A stretch of 64,000 nt of DNA from a candidate division CPR3 bacterium GWF2_35_18 (GCA_001771135.1 MESW01000009.1:23436-87435); one strand, 5' to 3'; shown: positions 40,101-49,899, numbered from the stretch's first letter. The notes: generated by a model from the letters alone, not told the origin. Numbers and translations: made by a program.

Positions 40101-43100
40101 GTACCGAGTTTATAACAATATCCCCAGACCCCTGAATCTAAATCTGATCCTGACGGCCAATAAAAGTCAAAAGAATTTACAGAAGAGTAACCTACCGGAT
40201 TAACAGAAACTACAACCGGATTTATCGGTTCTGATTGATCAAAATGATAAGTCCATAAAGTTTCCGCCAGGCTTACTGAACCAGCATTATCTTTAGTTTT
40301 TATTCGTAAATAATAAATTCCGTCTTGATCTAAAGCAGTCTCTGGAGGAAGCTGAAATGAAACTTCTCCCGAAACTGGATCTTCGACAAAAGTACCAGCA
40401 ATTTCTGGATCAGCAGTTTCGTTCTCTCCAAAATATACATAATAACCATCAACACCTGATGGACCTTCCCCACTATCACTAGCTCCACCTACTTCTCCAG
40501 ATCTTGGCCAGGTAAAATAAGGACGACTACTATTAGCCCAATAATCATTTACAAAAACACGTTCTTTTGTATCATCATAAAAAGCAGAAATATCCGTAGG
40601 ATTTGTAGGAGCCAAATTATCGGGAGTGTAATTAAACCTTACTCCAGTTAAAGAAGGAGATTGGTAATTACCTGAAGAACTAGTATAAACTGCTTTAAGA
40701 AAAATAAAACGATGAGGATCAGATTGAATTTCATTACCAGAAAGAGATAAATAATCTCCCTCACTACAGGTATCGGTAATAAAATTTTTGGTACAAGTGG
40801 AAACAGCTAGACTTCCATCATTCAAAGTCTGAGTTAATGCAATATCATCACCAGTACTCCAATCGGAAACCGCAGTTAGATCAATTTGACCACTGTAATA
40901 TGTTCCCGTATCTTCATATCTACCAATAACATCCGCCTGACTATGTGTCAATAATCCCTGATAATATAAATCTGTAATCTCTGAAGCAGTTAAAGCTGAA
41001 TCAAAAACACGAAGATCGGATAATACAAAATCTCCATTGTTACTTCCATAACCTATGGTTATGCTTTGAGTGTAATCATTTCCAGACACATAGTTTCCAC
41101 TCGTTCCAACTACGTTATTTACATAAACTTTTAACATATTTCCTGTTGCTGACCAAGTTCCCACTACATGAGCCCACCTATCCTGAGTAAAACCACTACT
41201 ATTTAGTAGTGATGATGAATATGTATTATTGCTATCCAACCTTCCATAACAACCATGGACTGTTTCGTAATATAACCCCAAATTCATGTTTGTCCATGTA
41301 GGATCTGTGCCATTAACTCTCAAAATTGTAAATTTTCCTCCGTTACCATGAACCGAACAAGAAACATTCAACTTGATCCAAGCGCTAATAGATCCTTCAT
41401 TTTTATTTATATTAGTATTTGGATAAGACAGAGCAGCCGATGTTCTGGTACTTGTACTATCATGAGTCGTACCCGTCCAAGCATAACCAGTGCCGAAAGA
41501 ACCATCAGCATATGATGTCGTAAATCCTAACTGTTCTAGCTGTACTCCATCCACATAAATAGTTTTTCCTGCCATAACTTGAACTCCATAATAAAGAGAA
41601 GCATCAATGGTAGTTGTTGAGTAGGTTAACCTCCACCAACCTCCTCCCATATCTGTGTAAGTACTAGGAGTAACAATAGTGCTTCCAAAATAAAGATTCG
41701 CCACAGTTGCATCTACTGTCCCTCCGATACTCCCACTAGTTCCGTTATACACATAAGCACTGAGAGTATGAGTAGCAGTAGAATTTGGATCAATTGAGAT
41801 TGCATATTCATCTTGAAAATCTTGACCAATGAGTTTAACTGACTTACTCCCAAATTTGTAGTACGGTATAGTTGTATTTTCGCTAATAGATGAGGTGACA
41901 AAAGAAGAAAAAGTAGCATCAGCCTGTTGACCACCTGTCGAACTTGATCCCCAATATGCGGTATTGGGAACATTTGTAAAATTTGTCGGATCATCTAGCA
42001 CAACACGTTCAACACCATCAACCCATAACGACATGCGAGTTGAAGAATATCTCAATTCCATATGATAAGTTGTTCCCGCTATAATCGATCCGTATGCATT
42101 CCAGGCAACTCCATAATCGGTCCCATCGCTATCAACACTAAATATCTGCAATGAAGAATTATCACTCCAATAAATTCCAAACGAATTACTCGCATCAGCT
42201 TGAAATCGGACAACATAGCACACACCACCAAAGCTATACATTGTTCCCGCACTATGTCTTGGCGTGTATTTAAATTTCACAACCCCATTTGTAGCAGAAA
42301 GTCCTGTAATTGGTTGAGTAAGTGTATCCGCTCCATCCACTCGAAGACCAGTAGTTTCAGTGGAATTTGTTTGATTTGCCGGCGTTACTGTTAACGAGAC
42401 ATCGGTTAATGACACCACGTATGTATCATCCACATAAGCTACAATCGAACCGTTATACCACTTCATGAAGCCAAAATACGTACCCAAATAACTTGATGAG
42501 TTTTTTACTACCCGATGGTACACACTCCAATCTCCAGTTATATAGTGCGAAGGACCTGTTTGATTTACCTCTGATAAATGCTGTAGGGGTTGAGTGTATT
42601 GGTTATACATAAATCCAAAAGTATCCCCTGATTCTCTTTTCCCCCAACCTCCTTGAGCATAAAATTTTCCTCCAGAATATGAATGGTTAAAATACACCCC
42701 ATCACTTGTCTCATCACCTGTGAATTTTGCTGCACTCAAACCAGAATGCACTATCGTAGTTTCTTGCGTTACTTCACCCACTTCAGCTCCAGAATTAGAC
42801 CATCCGGTCGGCAGCCAGGGATCACCTGATCCAGATTCAAGAGAAGGATTACTAACTAGATTTGTATACACCTCTACTTGATGCCAGTAACAAGTGTCTC
42901 CTGTGGATGAATCGTTATACAATTCAATTATTTCCGAAGTATTTCCCGATGGTGCTTCCCATGTAAATAAAAGCACGTCCGGATCTGTTCGAGTTGAGGT
43001 ATTTGTTCCTGCCAAACTGGTTATCAACACTCCATTGTTATTATTCCAAACCTTAATAGTTGGCATACAGGATCCATCTGAGTGAGCAATAGCCCGAATT

Positions 43101-46100
43101 ACATAATCATTTCCTTGTGCAGTAGACAAAGTGTAGCGTAAAGCAGCACTCGTATTCCCTGTCACTTTATAACCTCCAGCGTAAATTTTTTCGGATGTCA
43201 GTAGAGCAGATATATCCGTATAAGCACCATAATTACTCCATCCATCATTAGCATACGTACCATTCATCATAAATCCACCTGTATTGGTTGTAGACGTATA
43301 CAAAAGATTGGACGAATGCGGATGGCTCCAAGCGTTACCAGTACCGGTAGATAGTATGCCAGTCGAAGCATTTGTTGGAAGTGCAAAAACGACATCCCAC
43401 GATCCCGTCACCAAGGTCGGATCTTTACCTGTACCGCTGTTGTAAATCTGAGCTATCTCATCTCCATTTCCGACATCAATACCATAGGTACCATCAAACA
43501 ATGGACGACGATAAATAGTAAAACCTTCGATAATTGAACTACTTGAGTTAGAAGTACCATTAGTTCCAATTCCAATAATATTGATCGCTGGAGCTGTTAT
43601 CGTACTCGTTGATCCAAAATTATGTAAATCATTAACACTCACCGATACATAATTCGTGGCCGAAATCAAATTTTTAGTATCCCATCTAGCTATCACATTA
43701 TAGGTTGTTCCCGCAACCCAATTGGAAATATCTATATTCGAAACACTGCTACCTCCTATCGAAAAACTCAACATCCCTGCTGACGATTTCCACATTCCGA
43801 TTGTTCCTAATTGAAAATCTTGAATTAAAGCTCTTGTAACTCCATCATTTCCATTCCATTCTGGTGTAATCCAAAAAACAATACTTCCCTGATTAGTATC
43901 TATATTTGGATAAAATCTTCCTGAAATAGTTGTTCCTGGAACTATTGACAATGAATCACCACCTGAAGCGTCAATTCTATTTCCTTGCACCATTGGACCA
44001 GCAGCAAACGGACCGGTAGAATTACGCTTCGCCATATTAGGAGTAAATGTGGCTGAAGCTGTCAGATAATTAAAATATGGAGAAAACCAGTTATTATTAT
44101 AAGTAACATGTTCAAAAGAGGGATTTGTAATCAAATTCGTCGTTCCTTCTTCTAATAAAACTCCTTGATGAGAAGCATAGCTTTGTGTTGAAAGGTAACC
44201 GGTATCGTTTATAGAAGAGTTAACCCCAATTAAACCAGAGATATATTTTGCTCCACTAATCGTTCCATGATTCCCATTTCCAGAAGCATCCAGTACTTTA
44301 CCAATATTTCTAGGGTCATCACCATTTTCGTCAAAGTGGTAAAGAAGTTTCGTATTAACATCAGAAATAAGTGATCCTGTTTGTGGAATGAAGTTTGAAG
44401 TATATCGAACAGAATCAGATATTCTAAGCTCATCTACCAACATTCTAGGTCTTGCACTCCATCCAGCCATTGCAATATCGGCATTTATGCTCCACACACC
44501 TGATGCTGGTTCTGTAGCTACAAGAGTACCATTACGATATGTTCTAACTTGACTTCCATCATATACAACCGCATAATGAGCCCACTCATTAGCTAGTAAT
44601 CCAATATTGACAAATTCCGTAATACCCCCTATATCTTGTCGTAAAACCAGAGATCCCCACCAACCACAAATACCAGTTGCCCAACCAGCTCCTATAACAG
44701 ATGCGCTACCTCCTTGTGATCCATTGACACCCAAATTATTAATATTTGCCCATAGTTCGACGGTAGCAGCACTGCTTGTTGAATAACTGAATGAGTTATC
44801 AATATAATCATTCATCCCATCAAAGCTCAAAGCACTTTTACCTCCTGAATAACGAATGGCACCGGTTGCTGAAGTTGGTGTTTCTTCATTCACACAGGTC
44901 GTCGAGCCACTAAACGGACACACCAAAGTAGCATTCTTATCTCCCACCGAATACGCTCTGGTTCCTCCCGTCACCCAAGACGGATCATCAGTACCACTAT
45001 TTGAGTTGACTCCCAGCGTTCCATTAAATCCGTTTCCCGAACTATCAGTTACTGTCTGTCCCGTCCCATCATCTAATTTCCAATTCGCCATTAGATTATT
45101 CCAATACGCATCCGCTGTGGTGACATTTCGATTCATTCTCTCGGTAATCTCACTTGCGGTTAGTGCTCGATTCCATAATCTCACCTCATCAATCTTTCCG
45201 GTCACAAATTGTGATACTCCTCCTCTTGATCCAATCACTTTCATAGTATTTGTTGACACATACTCCACTGCCAATTTACTCGTCAATGTCTGAGACACCC
45301 CATCGATATAAATTGCGTGTTCGTCAGCCGTTCCGTTTTTAGTATAAGCAATGTGATACCACCTTCCCGTAGTGATCAAACCATTACCTGTCACCGCCTG
45401 ATATATCCCTGGAGTAATTACTTCAACTTGACCTGTAACATTGATCTCCAATTGCGGAATCAACCCCGTACTATTCCCCGACAAATCAATAATCGTTTGC
45501 CGCGTCAGACTGCTCACATATACCCAAGCCTCGATAGTTAAATGATTGTAATCAAACCCAAAAGCATTGTTGATATAAGCTAAATCTCCCCCATCAAAAC
45601 TTAAATACTTTTCCCTAGGAAACGACGGGGCTGTTGCTGAACTATTCCCATAGTAGATTTCATAGTTAGCATCTGAGCCGGAAGTCACAATTTGCTCTTG
45701 AAGGGGAAAAGTAATAGTGGAAGCAGTGGTATTACAGTTAGTTACTGACCTGGGAATTTCCACTCTGGTATTAGCTAAGGCTGTAGCAACAAAGACTACT
45801 CTCAAATCATCACAATCATTTTGAATTCTACCCGCATCATAAAGCTCTTTTGTATTTAAAATGAGTTGAACGGTTGAACCAACTAGTAAAGTATTTCCGG
45901 AAATATTCTGCAAAGTTGCTTGCCTTCTGGCTACATAATCTTCATTCCACCAACCTTCAATAGCAGAAAGCCTCACTTCAGTATCTCCCACTACTACGTT
46001 TACAGTGTTAGCATTATCATAACCATCGCTAAAACTTCTTTGAGTAGGCATAATGAATGACGTCTCTTCTAAACCTAAAATCGAAGGATTCAGTTTGTGA

Positions 46101-46297
46101 CTAAAAAATCTATATGCGGTCGTCGTTGAAATAACAAATAGCAATATCGTAAATAACCAGGTTAAGAAGGCAGTTTTTTTACGAATTTTGATAGAATTTA
46201 ATTGTGGGAATTTACCACCTAAAAAAGATGTGCTTTTCCAAGAAAATGGACAAGAAAAATCTATATTATGATATATTTCTGTTATTTTAAATTTCAT
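37175..46297 (-). CDS. Giant (3040 aa) membrane-anchored extracellular protein with LamG/concanavalin-like and fibronectin-III-like domains
   Basis: N-terminal TM (aa ~45-66); LamG-type motifs DEVRLWNRALTASEI (aa ~370), VDELRISDSV (aa ~622), LSDLRVFDSALTASEITDLY (aa ~1760); FN3 / purple-acid-phosphatase-N-like repeats from aa ~1900-3000 (e.g. YYYRITSEDNAQAESAYS, YHYRIQSLDD). Confidence 0.8.
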   Translation of the reverse strand: MKFKITEIYHNIDFSCPFSWKSTSFLGGKFPQLNSIKIRKKTAFLTWLFTILLFVISTTTAYRFFSHKLNPSILGLEETSFIMPTQRSFSDGYDNANTVNVVVGDTEVRLSAIEGWWNEDYVARRQATLQNISGNTLLVGSTVQLILNTKELYDAGRIQNDCDDLRVVFVATALANTRVEIPRSVTNCNTTASTITFPLQEQIVTSGSDANYEIYYGNSSATAPSFPREKYLSFDGGDLAYINNAFGFDYNHLTIEAWVYVSSLTRQTIIDLSGNSTGLIPQLEINVTGQVEVITPGIYQAVTGNGLITTGRWYHIAYTKNGTADEHAIYIDGVSQTLTSKLAVEYVSTNTMKVIGSRGGVSQFVTGKIDEVRLWNRALTASEITERMNRNVTTADAYWNNLMANWKLDDGTGQTVTDSSGNGFNGTLGVNSNSGTDDPSWVTGGTRAYSVGDKNATLVCPFSGSTTCVNEETPTSATGAIRYSGGKSALSFDGMNDYIDNSFSYSTSSAATVELWANINNLGVNGSQGGSASVIGAGWATGICGWWGSLVLRQDIGGITEFVNIGLLANEWAHYAVVYDGSQVRTYRNGTLVATEPASGVWSINADIAMAGWSARPRMLVDELRISDSVRYTSNFIPQTGSLISDVNTKLLYHFDENGDDPRNIGKVLDASGNGNHGTISGAKYISGLIGVNSSINDTGYLSTQSYASHQGVLLEEGTTNLITNPSFEHVTYNNNWFSPYFNYLTASATFTPNMAKRNSTGPFAAGPMVQGNRIDASGGDSLSIVPGTTISGRFYPNIDTNQGSIVFWITPEWNGNDGVTRALIQDFQLGTIGMWKSSAGMLSFSIGGSSVSNIDISNWVAGTTYNVIARWDTKNLISATNYVSVSVNDLHNFGSTSTITAPAINIIGIGTNGTSNSSSSIIEGFTIYRRPLFDGTYGIDVGNGDEIAQIYNSGTGKDPTLVTGSWDVVFALPTNASTGILSTGTGNAWSHPHSSNLLYTSTTNTGGFMMNGTYANDGWSNYGAYTDISALLTSEKIYAGGYKVTGNTSAALRYTLSTAQGNDYVIRAIAHSDGSCMPTIKVWNNNNGVLITSLAGTNTSTRTDPDVLLFTWEAPSGNTSEIIELYNDSSTGDTCYWHQVEVYTNLVSNPSLESGSGDPWLPTGWSNSGAEVGEVTQETTIVHSGLSAAKFTGDETSDGVYFNHSYSGGKFYAQGGWGKRESGDTFGFMYNQYTQPLQHLSEVNQTGPSHYITGDWSVYHRVVKNSSSYLGTYFGFMKWYNGSIVAYVDDTYVVSLTDVSLTVTPANQTNSTETTGLRVDGADTLTQPITGLSATNGVVKFKYTPRHSAGTMYSFGGVCYVVRFQADASNSFGIYWSDNSSLQIFSVDSDGTDYGVAWNAYGSIIAGTTYHMELRYSSTRMSLWVDGVERVVLDDPTNFTNVPNTAYWGSSSTGGQQADATFSSFVTSSISENTTIPYYKFGSKSVKLIGQDFQDEYAISIDPNSTATHTLSAYVYNGTSGSIGGTVDATVANLYFGSTIVTPSTYTDMGGGWWRLTYSTTTIDASLYYGVQVMAGKTIYVDGVQLEQLGFTTSYADGSFGTGYAWTGTTHDSTSTRTSAALSYPNTNINKNEGSISAWIKLNVSCSVHGNGGKFTILRVNGTDPTWTNMNLGLYYETVHGCYGRLDSNNTYSSSLLNSSGFTQDRWAHVVGTWSATGNMLKVYVNNVVGTSGNYVSGNDYTQSITIGYGSNNGDFVLSDLRVFDSALTASEITDLYYQGLLTHSQADVIGRYEDTGTYYSGQIDLTAVSDWSTGDDIALTQTLNDGSLAVSTCTKNFITDTCSEGDYLSLSGNEIQSDPHRFIFLKAVYTSSSGNYQSPSLTGVRFNYTPDNLAPTNPTDISAFYDDTKERVFVNDYWANSSRPYFTWPRSGEVGGASDSGEGPSGVDGYYVYFGENETADPEIAGTFVEDPVSGEVSFQLPPETALDQDGIYYLRIKTKDNAGSVSLAETLWTYHFDQSEPINPVVVSVNPVGYSSVNSFDFYWPSGSDLDSGVWGYCYKLGTADSESQYYNDQCLEVTSIANIPSYQNGENVFYIRAKDNAGNLNSSYAQVNYYYNASAPSAPLDIVITPADTIEDTNCSSLDNCFTVSFNEPATYLGTIAKYYYSVNEEPDAYNSTETTISETATRTIGPLPLATKQGINTFYIVAEDNIGNVNFDAYGSQTFEAQTSAPGIPTNVQITDSSNRETQKYQLTLTWEAPINIGSGIEHYNIYRSTDGINFSNIATTQSTGYLDTTLSNTVTYYYRITSEDNAQAESAYSSVVSDIPTGRYTTPPEILISPSVETHILSATISWTMERECQGYVQYRENQNDAYWEQGKGEEAVAHEVTVVGLKRDTLYYYRIRCEDEDNNVAYSEEDSFTTSDAPSAPTNLTVTPSSNNQNSFSFSWNAPSDIGVVISSYYYSINQEPNENNISEIEDTELPEGPYATQQGTNTFYVLAIDSAGNFNYDNYASVDFTANTIAPGIPTNVTIIDSSNRDLDDYALTVRFIAPALGEIDHYNIYRKNKREDYQQIAEVISLGYLDSGLDNEITYSYKITAEDNAGKESAYSTIVSRRPTGKYSTPPTIVIAPHVNTGSTTATITWETDRLSNSFVQIGTNEIYTRTQGQWDPVIKHEIVVRGLMPSTTYHYRIQSLDDPDLIDYETENSFSEDNTFTTGELPRIRDLEVTDIKYSSCIVSWITEVPSTSLIYLKSEGGQERIIEDMSVGGITVHTVRLDELIPASNYELRVSGIDEEGNTLIGEEHLFTTAVYPKVFNVELEQQKDKATGTVKVTWQTNVPTTGIIRYNKRNDSRIEEVSTAKLETNHELIISSLFDNTTYEIIVYGRDSLGSQTESNLFTFTTAIDSRPPMISNITIDTRIIGQGSKATAQLIIGWETDELASSQIEYDLGIGEGIGSKTVYSQKTKEDSNLVTTHLIIIPDLNPSQGYHFRILSEDGAGNLTISDNNIVVTDEPAENILELVLESLRRSFGWLFGE
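38140..39940 (-). repeat. Tandem duplication of a ~300-aa module (FN3-FN3-PAP_N-like) inside the giant gene
   Basis: Protein aa ~2120-2425 and ~2426-2720 align end to end (APSAPLDIVITP.. / APSAPTNLTVTP..; TSAPGIPTNVQITDSSNRE / TIAPGIPTNVTIIDSSNRD; YTTPPEILISPSVETH / YSTPPTIVIAPHVNTG); nt coordinates derived from aa index. Confidence 0.7.
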
Positions 46298-46307
46298 TTA
46301 TGTCTGT

Positions 46308-46496
46308 TCAATTTTTAAAATTTAATCTTTCCAACCCAGCTAAAGATGTCTTGAAGATTATTAAGAATAAGATCAAAAACGTTATCCGAAGCTTTCCCGG
46401 TAATAACAACGTTACCCGATGATTCGAATTGATTTCCTGCATTATGTTTAGAAACTTTGAAAGGGTGACAATATATTTGCTATGATTAGCAGCCAT
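46308..46496 (-). CDS. Small ORF (62 aa) ending 10 nt upstream of the giant gene start; possible leader peptide or spurious
   Basis: ORF track only; no motif recognised. Confidence 0.2.
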   Translation of the reverse strand: MAANHSKYIVTLSKFLNIMQEINSNHRVTLLLPGKLRITFLILFLIIFKTSLAGLERLNFKN

Positions 46497-46596
46497 AATT
46501 ATAAAGCCTTTAGACCATGAAAATAATACATAACAATACCTAAAAAAGGAGTACTTTTAATATATCATATGTGATAATTAATTGGAATATTTTTTA

Positions 46597-47031
46597 TTAG
46601 AAAAAAGTTGTCTTCCTGTATTTCAAATATCTATCTCCGAATTTTTTCTCTAGATTGTATTCCTCAATAATGCGAGTATAAAAAAGTAACGGTAAAAGTA
46701 CGATAAGAGTCAAGAATAAACCAAAATTAGATTCTAAAAAAAGATTAAAACCAAAACAGATAAAGATTAAACCGATATAGATAGGATGTCTTGTCTTTGA
46801 ATAGATTCCCGTCGTTATCAGATCTTTTGGTTCAAAGAATGGATTAAAATGTCCTTTAAGAGATATTTCTCCTACAATATATAAAAGAAAACCTACAAAC
46901 ATCAAAAAAAATCCGAGAGAGGTGATAAACAAATTTCCCTCAAACTGATATCTTGTCAAAATCGTAACGACAATCGTTAGCAAACTGACTGCGATTCGAA
47001 GTAAAACTAGCGTTTTTTCGGACATCAACAT
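46597..47031 (-). CDS. Isoprenylcysteine carboxyl methyltransferase (ICMT)/phospholipid methyltransferase family membrane protein
   Basis: KTRHPIYIGLIF ... EEYNLEKKFGDRYLKYRK, characteristic of ICMT/PEMT-like methyltransferases. Confidence 0.7.
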   Translation of the reverse strand: MLMSEKTLVLLRIAVSLLTIVVTILTRYQFEGNLFITSLGFFLMFVGFLLYIVGEISLKGHFNPFFEPKDLITTGIYSKTRHPIYIGLIFICFGFNLFLESNFGLFLTLIVLLPLLFYTRIIEEYNLEKKFGDRYLKYRKTTFF

Positions 47032-47243
47032 CCTCCTTGGAAAAAATCATTTAACTTAAATTATCATAACATAAATACTCTTTTTTTTCTTTTGACAACT
47101 CACTTTTTATCTATACCCAAATGAATTTCTCTTTTGAAATATAAAATATGTGATTTGGGTTATACTTATCTACAACTATTTACGATATAAGAATATAACT
47201 ATATTACGATAATAGTCATTGTTAAAAAAGAAAGGAGTCTTTC

Positions 47244-47633
47244 ATGAAAAAATTATACCTTTTTGTCATTCTCATCATCATCGTCATCGTTGGCACGTAC
47301 ATTCTAATGAATCAAGGTAAAGACAAAAATACTTCATCGGAAAATAATACCACTCAAAATGAAAGCACCCAGAGTGCTACAGATAATAAAAAATTCACCT
47401 TAGAAGAAATCGCTACCCACAATTCCGAAGATGATTGTTATCTAATAATTGAAGATAAAGTGTACAATGTAACATCATTTATTTCTTCACATCCGGGAGG
47501 ACAAGCAATTCTTCAAGGCTGTGGAACTGATGCGACCACTCTTTTTGAGACAAAACCAATGGGCAGTAATACTCCCCATTCACAAAGTGCTCGAAATTTA
47601 TTACAATCATATTATATTGGTGATTTAATTTAA
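47244..47633 (+). CDS. Secreted or membrane-anchored cytochrome b5-like heme-binding domain protein
   Basis: N-terminal hydrophobic anchor; FTLEEIATHNSEDDCYLIIEDKVYNVTSFISSHPGG ... TPHSQSARNLL matches cyt b5 (HPGG and second His); GGAG RBS. Confidence 0.75.
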   Translation: MKKLYLFVILIIIVIVGTYILMNQGKDKNTSSENNTTQNESTQSATDNKKFTLEEIATHNSEDDCYLIIEDKVYNVTSFISSHPGGQAILQGCGTDATTLFETKPMGSNTPHSQSARNLLQSYYIGDLI

Positions 47634-47641
47634 GTAACTTC

Positions 47642-47866
47642 ATGGTCATATTTACCCAAATTGCTTATTATCCAATCTTGGGAAAACCTTTAATTTTTTA
47701 TTTGGGGATTCTCGCAATTAGTTCGCTTTTATTTACAGCTTCAATTGTGCCTTTGAACAAAAAAGGATTTTGGAAAATTCCCTTCAAATATCACCCACTA
47801 ATGGCAAAGGTTACTATTACTTTCGCCTTAATTCATGGAATTCTTGCCATACTCACAAATCTTTAA
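47642..47866 (+). CDS. Small 2-TM membrane protein (74 aa)
   Basis: ORF track; hydrophobic. Confidence 0.3.
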   Translation: MVIFTQIAYYPILGKPLIFYLGILAISSLLFTASIVPLNKKGFWKIPFKYHPLMAKVTITFALIHGILAILTNL

Positions 47867-47874
47867 ACTTATTC

Positions 47875-48651
47875 ATGTCCGAAATAATTAATCTTTACAA
47901 GCAAATTGGCGAAACACCATATCAAGCGATTCTAAAATTCAAACAAAAATACCCAGAATATCAAAAAGAAAAAATTAGCTGTGCTGGCAGGCTAGACCCA
48001 CTGGCCCAAGGAGTTCTATTGTTATTAATTGGAGATGAAAACAAAAATCGGCTTTACTATGAAAAGCTAAGAAAAAATTATGAGTTTGAAATATTATTTG
48101 GAGTCTGTACTGACACTTATGATCTTTTGGGTGAAATCAAAAAATCTTCAAGTATTTTCAATACTAACTTATCTGAATTACAAAAACAAATCGCAGAGAT
48201 TATGCCATCTTTTATTGGAAAACAGTCTCAGTTATATCCTCCCTATTCAGCAGTGAGAGTAAAAGGTCATCCCCTATTCTATTGGTCCAGACATAAAAAA
48301 CTAAACTCCATAAATATTCCGCAGCACCAGATTGAAATTTACAATCTCAAAATCTTAGACAATTACCTAATTACGATCAAAAATCTAGAAGAAGTAGTCA
48401 CAAAAAATATAAATAAAGTAGAGGGGAATTTTCGTCAAAAAGAGATTTTGGAAACATGGCAGGTTTTTTATAAAGAGTATCGAGGAAAAGAAATACCCAT
48501 CCTAAAGATGGAGATTTCCTGCACAAGCGGTACTTATGTACGGCAGTTTATTCATGATATTGGGAAAAAATTAAAGATACCAACCGTTACTTTCAGCATC
48601 AAAAGAACTGCTATCGGTTCATATGAAATTAAAGAATCTGTCAAAATCTAG
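47875..48651 (+). CDS. truB: tRNA pseudouridine(55) synthase TruB family
   Basis: SCAGRLDPLAQGVLLLLIG (catalytic Asp motif); start at ATG 47875 (MSEIINLY), not the ORF-track 47770. Confidence 0.8.
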   Translation: MSEIINLYKQIGETPYQAILKFKQKYPEYQKEKISCAGRLDPLAQGVLLLLIGDENKNRLYYEKLRKNYEFEILFGVCTDTYDLLGEIKKSSSIFNTNLSELQKQIAEIMPSFIGKQSQLYPPYSAVRVKGHPLFYWSRHKKLNSINIPQHQIEIYNLKILDNYLITIKNLEEVVTKNINKVEGNFRQKEILETWQVFYKEYRGKEIPILKMEISCTSGTYVRQFIHDIGKKLKIPTVTFSIKRTAIGSYEIKESVKI

Positions 48652-48654
48652 CTT

Positions 48655-49788
48655 CTAATGATGAATACTTTCAGGTAAAGTATTTTCAAGAAGGTCAGGG
48701 TTCTTTTTTATTTGCGGCTCTTCTTGAGGCGGAAGGACTTGCTTGGGGTGATAAATAAAACCTAGGATAAAGAGTATAACCGCTATCACAAAGACCAAAA
48801 CTGAGAAAATTAACAATTGTCCTAAAGTATCGAAATAAACAGTTTTAAGAAGAGCAATAAAATAGCTCTGAAATATAAAAAGATATTCTCCCGGTAACTG
48901 CATTTGAATCACTTCTATTAAATCATAGAATTTTTGTCTCAAGGTCAAACTGCCAACTAAAACTAAAGAACTTGGGAAAAATAAAGTAATTCCTGACATA
49001 ATAAGACCATTTTTAAAACCTGGAGTTATTAGAAGTAATAATAATATCATTATAATAAGTATTCCCAAGCTAATAAGAGGTAGTAATCTTAAATAGTAAA
49101 AGCCGGTTTGAATCTGTCTTGCTAACTGCGGATCTATGCTAATCATATCGGAAGAGATTTTCATTGATTCAATTAGGGTATCCAGTTCTGGTTTATCTTT
49201 GTTGACAGAGATAAATTCAACAATGACGTTTTCATCAAAACCAGCGGGTTTACACTCCATGACAAAAGGATTTAAATCTTCAGGTCTCACAAAGTTAGGA
49301 TCACAATCAGGAAGTACTCGGATTTTTTCTTTAAACATTACGGATATAATACTAATCATAGTCTCTTTATCTTCAGCAATTTTGATCTCAAAGATTGGCT
49401 TTTCTGTTTTTCCCTCCAAAAAATCATAGCTACCATCAATTACTTTATTAACACTCGTTTCTAGGAATTCTGGAGTAACAAGACTATTAATAAGTTGCCC
49501 CAATTCACTATCTTCATCACTAATTTTTTTAGTTAGATCCGTAAAAAAAGCGTTGCTACCCGGATCACTTTCTGGGTCTTCATTCTTTTGCAAAGACATA
49601 ATATCAATTGTAATTTTCAGCGCATTATTATAAAGATTCGATTCCTGTAACCAAGTTTTTACATGATCTCTGTTCGTAGCAATTTGGGAAATGGAATTTA
49701 AAGGAATAACTATTAAAATAATAAAAACAAAAATAAAACTAAGTAGTAAAGAGATGAACCACCGAATGATTTTGATAAAAGTTTCCAT
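48655..49788 (-). CDS. Integral membrane protein of unknown function
   Basis: N-terminal TM, ~200-aa soluble domain, C-terminal multi-TM region. Confidence 0.5.
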   Translation of the reverse strand: METFIKIIRWFISLLLSFIFVFIILIVIPLNSISQIATNRDHVKTWLQESNLYNNALKITIDIMSLQKNEDPESDPGSNAFFTDLTKKISDEDSELGQLINSLVTPEFLETSVNKVIDGSYDFLEGKTEKPIFEIKIAEDKETMISIISVMFKEKIRVLPDCDPNFVRPEDLNPFVMECKPAGFDENVIVEFISVNKDKPELDTLIESMKISSDMISIDPQLARQIQTGFYYLRLLPLISLGILIIMILLLLLITPGFKNGLIMSGITLFFPSSLVLVGSLTLRQKFYDLIEVIQMQLPGEYLFIFQSYFIALLKTVYFDTLGQLLIFSVLVFVIAVILFILGFIYHPKQVLPPQEEPQIKKNPDLLENTLPESIHH

Positions 49789-49899
49789 AAAAAAATTCTA
49801 CACCCAAAATACTTCTTTCCGCAATTTTTAATTAAATACCAAAAAAGGGGTAAAGATTTTTTTAAAATCTTTACCCCCTCTAGATGCTAATTCAGAATC

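Noticed and set aside
37688-45541. Multiple 60-145-aa plus-strand ORFs inside the 3040-aa gene (e.g. 44856-45293, 39425-39712)
   Set aside because: They are antisense to a clearly coding giant gene, are low-complexity and have no motifs, consistent with chance ORFs in the antisense frames of a long AT-rich gene.
46390-46450. 12-nt near-direct repeat AACGTTATCCGA / AACGTTACCCGA upstream of the giant gene
   Set aside because: Only two copies with a mismatch inside a putative small ORF; insufficient to call a repeat element or operator.
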